A stretch of 54,385 nucleotides of DNA, from assembly GCA_902780815.1 (NCBI GenBank), contig CACZGY010000001.1, positions 1-54,385 on the forward strand, read 5' to 3'. The position numbers and the translations under genes were made by a program. Positions within the stretch are counted from its first letter, which is position 1; every line of letters starts with the position of its first letter. This document shows positions 47,487-54,385 of this stretch, one piece after another. Under the pieces are notes generated by a model that saw only the letters and a program-made list of their open reading frames with translations, was not told where the DNA came from and ran no database searches. This DNA is from an uncultured Eubacteriales bacterium (lineage in GTDB: Bacteria > Bacillota > Clostridia > Peptostreptococcales > Anaerovoracaceae).

Positions 47487-47942
47487 ATGAAAGACAGAAT
47501 ATGTGAACTCGAATGCAATATTGATGATATGACGGCAGAAGAACTTGCTTTTGCTGCTGAAAGACTGATGGAAGAAGGCGCAAAGGATGTTACGCTTTCT
47601 CCTGTCCAGATGAAGAAAGGCAGACCTGCAACTTTGATGACTGTCATGTGTTCAGATTGCCTGGAAGAAAAGGAACGCTTCGTGCACCTGATTTTCAAAT
47701 ACACTACAACGATAGGCATACGCGAGCTCATATCCGAACGGTATATTCTTGAAAGAAGTGAAGAGACGATAAATACCGTATACGGTATGGTCAGGTGTAA
47801 AAAGGTAAGCGGTTACGGCGTGGAAAGAAGCAAGTTCGAATACGAGGATCTGGCGCGTATAGCCCGTGAACAGGGGATAAGCATTGCTGAAGCCCGTGGG
47901 CTTGTCACAGGATCGCTAAGTCCGGGAAGAAGGGAAAAATGA
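47487..47942 (+). CDS. stand-alone LarC C-terminal (LarC2-like, DUF111 C-terminal) domain protein
   Basis: 151 aa. ECNIDDMTAEEL ... PVQMKKGRPATLMTV ... TTTIGIRE matches the C-terminal half of LarC/DUF111 proteins. No N-terminal half is present. The stop overlaps the punA start (ATGA). Confidence 0.6.
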   Translation: MKDRICELECNIDDMTAEELAFAAERLMEEGAKDVTLSPVQMKKGRPATLMTVMCSDCLEEKERFVHLIFKYTTTIGIRELISERYILERSEETINTVYGMVRCKKVSGYGVERSKFEYEDLARIAREQGISIAEARGLVTGSLSPGRREK

Positions 47943-48772
47943 CGGCAGATACTAACAGCACGCTCACAGAAAGATTGAAGGAAACTGTCAGTTTTCTTAA
48001 CGGAAAGGGAGTCAAAGATCCGGAGATTGGGATCATACTTGGTTCGGGTCTGAATGACTTTGCGGACAATATCGCAGACCCTGTTGTCCTTTCATATGAT
48101 GACATACCGAACATGCAGTCCGGCAAAGTCTCTGATCACAGAGGTCAGCTGGTTTTCGGAATCTATAAAGGCAAAAGAGTCGTTATGCTTGCCGGACGTT
48201 TTCACTATTATGAGAGCGGTGACATGCAGAAAGCGGCATATCCGGCCAGAGTTCTGGTTGCTTTGGGCGTAAAGCGCTTCATCATCACTAATGCGGCAGG
48301 CTGCATAAACAAAACATGGAAAGTCGGCAGCCTGATGCTGATAAAAGACCATATAAATTTATCTGGAAACAATCCGCTGATTGGTGATAATATTCAGGAG
48401 TTTGGTCCAAGATTCCCTGATATGACATATACATACAACAGGGAGCTTCGCAGCCGGCTCAAAGAAGCTGCCGCAGAGGAAGGCATAGATCTGTGCGAAG
48501 GCGTTTATGCAATGTTCAGCGGGCCGAGCTTCGAAACTCCTGCTGAAATTATCTTTGCGCGCACTATCGGTGCTGATGCAGCAGGCATGTCAACTGTACC
48601 GGAGGCCATTATAGCGAACCATGCAGGCTGTGAGATTATCGGTATATCACTGATGACAAACATGGCGGCAGGAATACTCGACCAGCCTCTGTCCGGTGCT
48701 GAAGTAACAGAGGCCGGCATTAAAGCAAGAAAAGCATTCGGCAGGGTCGTAGACCTGGCGATAGAATTATAA
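47939..48772 (+). CDS. punA: purine nucleoside phosphorylase (trimeric PNP type)
   Basis: 277 aa. Phosphate loop GIILGSGL. GPRFPDM and AAGMSTVPE motifs. Confidence 0.9.
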   Translation: MTADTNSTLTERLKETVSFLNGKGVKDPEIGIILGSGLNDFADNIADPVVLSYDDIPNMQSGKVSDHRGQLVFGIYKGKRVVMLAGRFHYYESGDMQKAAYPARVLVALGVKRFIITNAAGCINKTWKVGSLMLIKDHINLSGNNPLIGDNIQEFGPRFPDMTYTYNRELRSRLKEAAAEEGIDLCEGVYAMFSGPSFETPAEIIFARTIGADAAGMSTVPEAIIANHAGCEIIGISLMTNMAAGILDQPLSGAEVTEAGIKARKAFGRVVDLAIEL

Positions 48773-48811
48773 AAAGCACTATTTATTACTTAAAGGAGAT
48801 ATTAACCCCAA

Positions 48812-49387
48812 ATGGAAGCAAAACTTACAAGAGAGCAGGCGAATGAGCTCCTGCACAAATACGTTAAAGGTGAAAACTACATTACACACAGCTATGCTGT
48901 TGAAGCCATAATGAGAGGGCTGGCAAAGAAGCTTGCACCGGAAGATGTCGAATACTGGGGAATCTGCGGACTTCTGCATGACCTCGATGAGGAGACAGCA
49001 CCATGGAGAGACGATTTCGGAACCCACGGCCCTACATCGGCTAAGATCCTCAGAGACGAGGGATTCGGCGATCCAGTTATGGAGAACGCCATCATGTCGC
49101 ATAACCCTGCATGCGGTAAAAATCCGGAAACTCAGCTCGAATACGCGCTCATCGCTGCAGATCCTATGTCAGGATTCCTTAAGGCGATCGCGCAGATCTA
49201 TCCGGATAAGAAGATCGCAAGCGTAAAACATAAATCAGTTAACAAGAGATTTAAAGAGACCCGTTTCGCCGCAGGAGCCAACAGGCAGTTTATGAGCCTG
49301 ATAGAAAAGGCCGGCATGGAATGGGATGAATTCGTAGATGTATCTCTTGAGGCGATGAGAGAAATCGCCGATGAGATCGGACTTTAA
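48812..49387 (+). CDS. HD domain phosphohydrolase-like protein
   Basis: 191 aa. H...HD metal motif (THSYAVE ... GLLHDLDEE). Confidence 0.7.
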   Translation: MEAKLTREQANELLHKYVKGENYITHSYAVEAIMRGLAKKLAPEDVEYWGICGLLHDLDEETAPWRDDFGTHGPTSAKILRDEGFGDPVMENAIMSHNPACGKNPETQLEYALIAADPMSGFLKAIAQIYPDKKIASVKHKSVNKRFKETRFAAGANRQFMSLIEKAGMEWDEFVDVSLEAMREIADEIGL

Positions 49388-49419
49388 ATGACAGAGAAAA
49401 GACAGGTAAAAGAAAAGCA

Positions 49420-49677
49420 ATGGTAAAAAAACTGACGTACTATCCTCAGGGTGTATGCTCGGTAATGATCGAGATAGAGCTTGAGGGAGATGTTATCAAA
49501 GATGTTGTATTTACGGGCGGGTGCAATGGAAATCTGAACGCGATCTCCAAGCTGATCAAAGGCATGAAAGCAGAAGATGTCATTGAGAAACTCGAGGGCA
49601 ACAGGTGCGGAGTCAGTGAAACTTCGTGCGCAGATCAGATGTGTAAAGGGCTCAGGCAGGCTCTGGCTGAGGCATAA
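49420..49677 (+). CDS. small Cys-containing TSCPD-domain-like protein
   Basis: 85 aa. FTGGCNGN and the TSCADQ variant of the TSCPD motif. Confidence 0.5.
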   Translation: MVKKLTYYPQGVCSVMIEIELEGDVIKDVVFTGGCNGNLNAISKLIKGMKAEDVIEKLEGNRCGVSETSCADQMCKGLRQALAEA

Positions 49678-49704
49678 AACGGTTAGCAGAGGACGGCAGA
49701 TCAT

Positions 49705-50607
49705 ATGACTATGGAGAACAGGGGCGCTAAAGCAGCGCATCTTGAAGAACTTGCGGCAAGAATGACCGAAATCGATACAAGGCCTATCGACGGGCATCTT
49801 CTTGGAATGCAGGAGAAAGTTGCGGAGGCTCTGGATCATCTCAAGAGAGCTATGTTCCCTTATCATTTCGGTAAATCACGTGCAAGATTTGCAGAGACTG
49901 AGAAGCGTACGTATGAGCTTATGAGGGCATATGACGCGCTTCAGCAGATTCTCGAGCTGGTGATAAAAGACCCCGATGAAGCGACTGAAAAAGTTGAGGC
50001 TCTGGTGAACGCACTGCCGGACATCCTTGAGGTTCTGAAAACCGATGTTCAGGCGGGCTATGACGGGGATCCTGCAGCGAAGAGTCTGGATGAAGTTGTT
50101 ATGACATATCCGGCCTTTATAGCTATATTTACATACAGGATCGCTCACAAACTTTATGAACTGGGAGTTCCGATGATCCCAAGGGTCATGACAGAGCAGG
50201 CACACGAGGTCACAGGTATCGATATTCATCCGGGTGCAACGATAGGCAAATACTTCTTTATTGACCACGGTACCGGAGTAGTTATCGGTGAGACCACTAC
50301 CATTGGCGAGCATGTAAAGCTTTATCAGCATGTTACTCTTGGAGCAAAGAGCTTTCCTGTCGGACCAGACGGCACGCCTGTAAAGGGCATAAAGCGTCAT
50401 CCTGATCTTGGTGACAGGGTGGTAGTCTATGCAGGAGCCACGATACTCGGAGGCGATACCAGAATAGGCGATGATTGTGTTGTTGGCGGTAATGTATGGC
50501 TGACACATTCGCTTGACCCGGGAGTGACCATAGTCACAAAGCCTAGCGGACAGGCTATGTCAACTGATGATCTGGACCCTGAAGAATCGATAGAATGGTT
50601 CATCTGA
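49705..50607 (+). CDS. cysE: serine O-acetyltransferase
   Basis: 300 aa. N-terminal helical SAT domain, then hexapeptide repeats DIHPGATIG and IDHGTGVVIGETTTIGEHV. Confidence 0.8.
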   Translation: MTMENRGAKAAHLEELAARMTEIDTRPIDGHLLGMQEKVAEALDHLKRAMFPYHFGKSRARFAETEKRTYELMRAYDALQQILELVIKDPDEATEKVEALVNALPDILEVLKTDVQAGYDGDPAAKSLDEVVMTYPAFIAIFTYRIAHKLYELGVPMIPRVMTEQAHEVTGIDIHPGATIGKYFFIDHGTGVVIGETTTIGEHVKLYQHVTLGAKSFPVGPDGTPVKGIKRHPDLGDRVVVYAGATILGGDTRIGDDCVVGGNVWLTHSLDPGVTIVTKPSGQAMSTDDLDPEESIEWFI

Positions 50608-50621
50608 AACTATGTAAAATG

Positions 50622-50655
50622 AGCGCTGCAGTATTGATACAGCAGCGCTTTTTTA
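50622..50655 (+). terminator. intrinsic terminator after cysE
   Basis: AGCGCTGC (50622-50629) pairs with GCAGCGCT (50642-50649), followed by TTTTT. Confidence 0.8.
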
Positions 50656-50662
50656 GTATAAT
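50634..50662 (+). promoter_or_regulatory. putative promoter of selC-selA-selB, interleaved with the cysE terminator
   Basis: TTGATA (50634-50639, inside the terminator loop), 17-nt spacer, TATAAT (50657-50662). Confidence 0.5.
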
Positions 50663-50710
50663 TTTTTGAGTGCGGTCAGCACGTTCGGAGTGCTGGTTTC
50701 ACCGCGACCT

Positions 50711-50808
50711 GGGGGTAGATAGGTGCTGGTGTGCCTCGCGGTCTTCAAAACCGTTTGCAGGGGGTTAGTAGCCTCCCGGGTGGGTTCGATTCCCACGTAC
50801 TCCCGCCA
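50711..50808 (+). tRNA. selC: tRNA-Sec (anticodon UCA)
   Basis: 98 nt. Extended acceptor (7 bp plus a G-G mismatch), 6-bp D stem AGGTGC/GTGCCT with 4-nt loop, anticodon arm GCGGT-CTTCAAA-ACCGT, long variable arm, T arm GTGGG-TTCGATT-CCCAC, discriminator G, encoded CCA. Lies 24 nt upstream of selA. Confidence 0.88.
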
Positions 50809-50832
50809 AATAGATGACGGAGGTCGGATGCC

Positions 50833-52293
50833 ATGACAAAGAAAGAATTATTGAGAGGACTCCCTAAGATCGACGAAGTGATGAAGCAGGAGTCTCTTGT
50901 TGTATTGTCAGAAGAGAAGGGCGATCTACTTGTGACAGATGCCGTTCGTGCTGTTATCGCAGCACTTAGAGCTTCTATACTCGATCTCAAAGAAAGCGAG
51001 GCAGAAAACTTCGATGTGTCAGCTCTCGGGACCGGAGCTGTAGCAGAGGCAGCTGAAGCGAGGATCTTCCAGGAGGAAGAGCTCAATCTCTATCCGCTCA
51101 TAAACGCCACAGGAACGATACTTCACACAAATCTGGGCAGAGCGCCGCTCTGCAGGGATGCTGTCGAAAACGTCGCAAGAGTGTCCAGGGGCTATTCCGA
51201 CCTTGAATATAACGTGCCAAAGGGAAAGCGCGGCTCGCGTCATGATCTCGTAAGCGACCTTATCGCAAGCCTTACAGGGGCTGAAGATGCAATGGTTGTA
51301 AATAACAATGCCGCAGCTACCATGATAGTTCTTGCCACATTGGGTAAGGGTAAGGAGATCGTGGTGTCCAGAGGAGAACTTGTTGAGATCGGCGGAGCGT
51401 TCAGGATCCCTGATATAATGATGCAGTCCGGCGCATTTCTTCAGGAAGTGGGTACAAGCAATAAGACAAAGGCATCCGACTATGAAAATGCCATTATGAC
51501 CCGTGCGATGCTTGAAAAAGGAGACTGGATCGACGCTGATCCGCGTCAAGGCAGACGCTTTGAGACCGGAGCGCTGATGAAGGTCCACAAGTCCAATTAT
51601 GATATAGTCGGTTTTACCGAAGAGGCATCGCTCGAGGAACTCGTTGAGATCGGCAAAAAGCATGACCTTCCTGTCATATTCGATATGGGAAACGGCCTAA
51701 TGCTGGATATGTCTGAATTCGGGCTCAATGAGCCTAACATCCCGGCATCGCTCGCTGCAGGCATCGATGTAATGATGTTCAGCGGCGACAAACTGCTCGG
51801 CGGCCCTCAGGCGGGCATCATAGTCGGAAAGAAAAAATATATAAAAGCAATGAAGAAGCATCCGCTTGCGAGAGCCATGAGAGTAGATAAAATGACTTTT
51901 GCCGCACTCGAGGCGACGCTCATGAAATACAGAGACCGCAAGACGGCTCTCAGAGACATACCGGTACTCCGCATGATATCCGCCTCTAACGAAGATATGA
52001 GGAAAAAGGCTGAGAAACTTGCAGATGCTGTAAAAAGAGTGAACCCGTCCATATCACTTGAACTTGTGCCTGTAGAAGATCAGATAGGCGGCGGCTCCGC
52101 TCCGATGGTCAGGCTTCCGGGCTGGGCTGTATCCGTTAAAGACGGCAGCAAATCAGCTGACAGAACGGAGAGAAAACTGCGCAAGGCGGATATCCCGGTT
52201 ATTGCCAGAATAAATGAAGACAGGCTGCTGCTCTGTGTACGCACTATTGCAGATGATGAGATAGAGACGACTGCAGAGGCTCTCAGGAAGTAG
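50833..52293 (+). CDS. selA: L-seryl-tRNA(Sec) selenium transferase
   Basis: 486 aa. PLP-lysine block FSGDKLLGGPQAG. Sits between selC and selB. Confidence 0.92.
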   Translation: MTKKELLRGLPKIDEVMKQESLVVLSEEKGDLLVTDAVRAVIAALRASILDLKESEAENFDVSALGTGAVAEAAEARIFQEEELNLYPLINATGTILHTNLGRAPLCRDAVENVARVSRGYSDLEYNVPKGKRGSRHDLVSDLIASLTGAEDAMVVNNNAAATMIVLATLGKGKEIVVSRGELVEIGGAFRIPDIMMQSGAFLQEVGTSNKTKASDYENAIMTRAMLEKGDWIDADPRQGRRFETGALMKVHKSNYDIVGFTEEASLEELVEIGKKHDLPVIFDMGNGLMLDMSEFGLNEPNIPASLAAGIDVMMFSGDKLLGGPQAGIIVGKKKYIKAMKKHPLARAMRVDKMTFAALEATLMKYRDRKTALRDIPVLRMISASNEDMRKKAEKLADAVKRVNPSISLELVPVEDQIGGGSAPMVRLPGWAVSVKDGSKSADRTERKLRKADIPVIARINEDRLLLCVRTIADDEIETTAEALRK

Positions 52294-52295
52294 GA

Positions 52296-54191
52296 ATGAA
52301 AAACATAATCATCGGCACGGCCGGCCATGTCGATCATGGTAAAACAACTCTCATAAAAGCCCTGAGCGGTATCGACACTGACAGGCTGATAGAAGAAAAA
52401 AAACGCGGCATTACGATCGAACTCGGGTTTGCCCATATTCCGAATGATGCCGGATATAATATCGGAGTCATAGACGTTCCGGGACATGAGAAATTCATAA
52501 AACATATGCTCGCCGGAATAGGGGGCATAGATTTCGTTCTATTTGTCGTTGCTGCCGATGAAGGAATAATGCCTCAGACCAGAGAGCACTTTGAAATACT
52601 CAGCTCGCTGGGCATAGATGACGGCATAATCGCTGTTACGAAGACCGACATGGTAGATGATGAGTGGCTGGAGATGCTGCTTGAAGAAGTAGAAGATTAC
52701 TTCAAAGGCTCTTTCCTTGAAGGAAAGCCTGTCATACCGGTAAGCGCGGCAACAGGCGAAGGCATAAGTGAACTCAAGGCTGAAATAATCGCCAAGTGCG
52801 ACAGAGAAAACAAACGCCGCGAGGAAAAGGAATTATTCAGACTCCCGGTCGACAGGGTGTTTACGATGCAGGGCTTCGGTACCGTGGTGACAGGTACTCT
52901 GATGGACGGAAACGTACGGACCGGAGACGATATAATCATCTATCCGGCAGGAAGAAAAGCCAAAGTAAGGGGCATACAGACATACGGAAAAGATACTGAC
53001 CTGGCGGTCGCCGGTCAAAGGACAGCTATAAATTTATCCGGCGTTTCAAAAGAAGACATCGACAGAGGCGATATAGTAGCGTATCCTGATGCGGTGACGG
53101 TCACAAACATGATAGATGCTGAACTGAGCATATTCAGTTCCACTGACAGGGTAGTGCTCAATAACAGCAGAGTACACCTGTACTGCGGATCTGATGAAGT
53201 GCTTTGTAAAGTCATTCTTCTGGACCGTGATGCTCTCTCGGCAGGTGAAACGGCATATGCTCAGCTGAGGCTTGAAGAACCGGCTGCAGTAAGACGGGGG
53301 GACAGGTTTATCATAAGATTCTATTCTCCTATCATAACAGTCGGAGGAGGCCGCATTATCGATGCGCTTCCTGTAAAGCATAAACGAAATAAGCCTGAGA
53401 TACTGGCCGGGATGGATGTGCTTTCACACGGCTCGATAAGCGATATTATTTATGCAAAGGCGTGTGAATGGCGTTTTACCAGGCAGAAAGACCTCGCCCG
53501 TGAACTCGGACTTCTGGATAACGAAATGGCAGCGGCGGCTGAGGCGGCCATTGCAGCAGGGACACTGGTAGTGCTTCCTGATGATACGATAGTCAGTGAT
53601 TCAAGATACGGCCGTCTGAAGGAAGACACCGAAAACATAATCAATGATTATCATTCTCATAATCCTCTTGCTGACGGTATACCGCGCCAGGAGCTGCTTT
53701 CAAGGATGAAAGAGAGATGGTTCACCGGCGATGATAAGCTTGTACAGGCTGTGCTGAAGAGCCTTCTGTCACAGGGATTCGTTGAAGACCGCGGGAAAAG
53801 CATAGCTGTCAGCGGTTTCAGTATAGAGTACACAGAAGAGCAGAAGGCCCTGAAAGACCGGATACAGGCTATGTACAGCGGGGCCGGCATCGAGATGATC
53901 AAAAATGACGATGTGTTTGCGCTTTATAAAGACAGCAGGATAGTCCGTGCTATACTCGAAGATCTCGAGTCGGAAGGCACTATTTACAAAGTCAATCCAT
54001 CGTACTACATCAGCTCGAAGGCCTGGGATCAGGCAGTAGCTGCAGCAAGGTCGTTTGACAGCGAATTCACGCTCGCTGAATACAGAGACAGGCTCGGAAC
54101 ATCGCGGAAATACGCTTCAGAATTCCTTCCGGCTATGGATAAGGCCGGTATAACGGTTTTCAGCGGTGAAACAAGAAGGGTAGTAAAGTAA
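52296..54191 (+). CDS. selB: selenocysteine-specific translation elongation factor
   Basis: 631 aa. GTPase motifs GTAGHVDHGKTT, DVPGHE and TKTD. Long C-terminal winged-helix-type extension. Starts 2 nt after selA. Confidence 0.92.
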   Translation: MKNIIIGTAGHVDHGKTTLIKALSGIDTDRLIEEKKRGITIELGFAHIPNDAGYNIGVIDVPGHEKFIKHMLAGIGGIDFVLFVVAADEGIMPQTREHFEILSSLGIDDGIIAVTKTDMVDDEWLEMLLEEVEDYFKGSFLEGKPVIPVSAATGEGISELKAEIIAKCDRENKRREEKELFRLPVDRVFTMQGFGTVVTGTLMDGNVRTGDDIIIYPAGRKAKVRGIQTYGKDTDLAVAGQRTAINLSGVSKEDIDRGDIVAYPDAVTVTNMIDAELSIFSSTDRVVLNNSRVHLYCGSDEVLCKVILLDRDALSAGETAYAQLRLEEPAAVRRGDRFIIRFYSPIITVGGGRIIDALPVKHKRNKPEILAGMDVLSHGSISDIIYAKACEWRFTRQKDLARELGLLDNEMAAAAEAAIAAGTLVVLPDDTIVSDSRYGRLKEDTENIINDYHSHNPLADGIPRQELLSRMKERWFTGDDKLVQAVLKSLLSQGFVEDRGKSIAVSGFSIEYTEEQKALKDRIQAMYSGAGIEMIKNDDVFALYKDSRIVRAILEDLESEGTIYKVNPSYYISSKAWDQAVAAARSFDSEFTLAEYRDRLGTSRKYASEFLPAMDKAGITVFSGETRRVVK

Positions 54192-54197
54192 CAGAAA

Positions 54198-54385
54198 ATG
54201 ACTGGCGGAAAAAAGTTATCAGTCAACAGCAATATATTTAAAGCAATAGCTGCGGGGCTCGCCGTCCTGTTGTGTTTTCTGATGCTTACAGGGTGCAGCT
54301 CCATGAACGATGCTGAAAAAAAAGTATCAAAAGAGCTGAGTTCGCTTCAGGAATCCGAAAATGTAGGCAGTGAAGTGATAAACCT
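54198..54385 (+). CDS. putative lipoprotein, N-terminal fragment (runs off the right edge)
   Basis: Reads MTGGKKLSVNSNIFKAIAAGLAVLLCFLMLTGCSSMND, with a lipobox LTGC after a hydrophobic segment. The frame stays open to the window end. Confidence 0.5.
   Translation, partial: MTGGKKLSVNSNIFKAIAAGLAVLLCFLMLTGCSSMNDAEKKVSKELSSLQESENVGSEVIN

Noticed and set aside
1-54385. Looked for CRISPR arrays, IS elements or terminal inverted repeats, integrases next to the three tRNA genes, phage modules, toxin-antitoxin pairs and known defence-system hallmarks
   Set aside because: None was recognisable. The tRNA genes are flanked by housekeeping genes with no integrase or direct repeat of the tRNA 3' end. 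The only sizeable repeat is the tandem hydrolase-like duplication at 28.5-30.0 kb.

Overview
Densely coding 54.4-kb chromosomal segment of a low-GC Gram-positive, Clostridia-like genome. The taxonomic guess rests on HrcA/CIRCE heat-shock control, Bacillus-type rplS-ylqF-rnhB and rpsT-lepA-hemW gene order, a butyrate-kinase homologue and UGA-Sec decoding genes. I can support about 50 protein genes, three stand-alone tRNA genes (Val-GAC, Glu-CUC, Sec-UCA), one CIRCE operator, a SECIS-like hairpin and a set of intrinsic terminators. Content is mostly housekeeping: ribosome biogenesis and RNase H; hrcA-grpE-dnaK-dnaJ plus lon; amino-acid metabolism (two class-I aminotransferases, a D-Cys desulfhydrase-like gene, asparaginase, thrC and hom-ask-asd, cysE); glycerol kinase; transporters (FNT, PutP-like, NCS2 permease, YitT); nucleoside salvage (udk, punA, a deoxyribonucleotidase); and the selenocysteine machinery (selD with an in-frame UGA, and selC-selA-selB). 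I saw no rRNA, CRISPR array, transposase or integrase, prophage or recognisable defence island, so I cannot name a clear multi-gene novel system. The items most worth follow-up are: (1) an ORF-free but coding-like 0.45-kb stretch at 43.9-44.4 kb, a candidate ncRNA or decayed gene; (2) a single-chain RNase HII + hybrid-binding domain + RNase HI-like fusion; (3) a tandemly duplicated pair of secreted Cys/His hydrolase-like genes; (4) an orphan restriction-endonuclease-like gene coupled to yitT; (5) a stand-alone LarC2-like domain translationally coupled to udk and punA; (6) an FNT/ATP-grasp/esterase unit. All functional calls rest on motif recognition by eye and none was verified by a database search.
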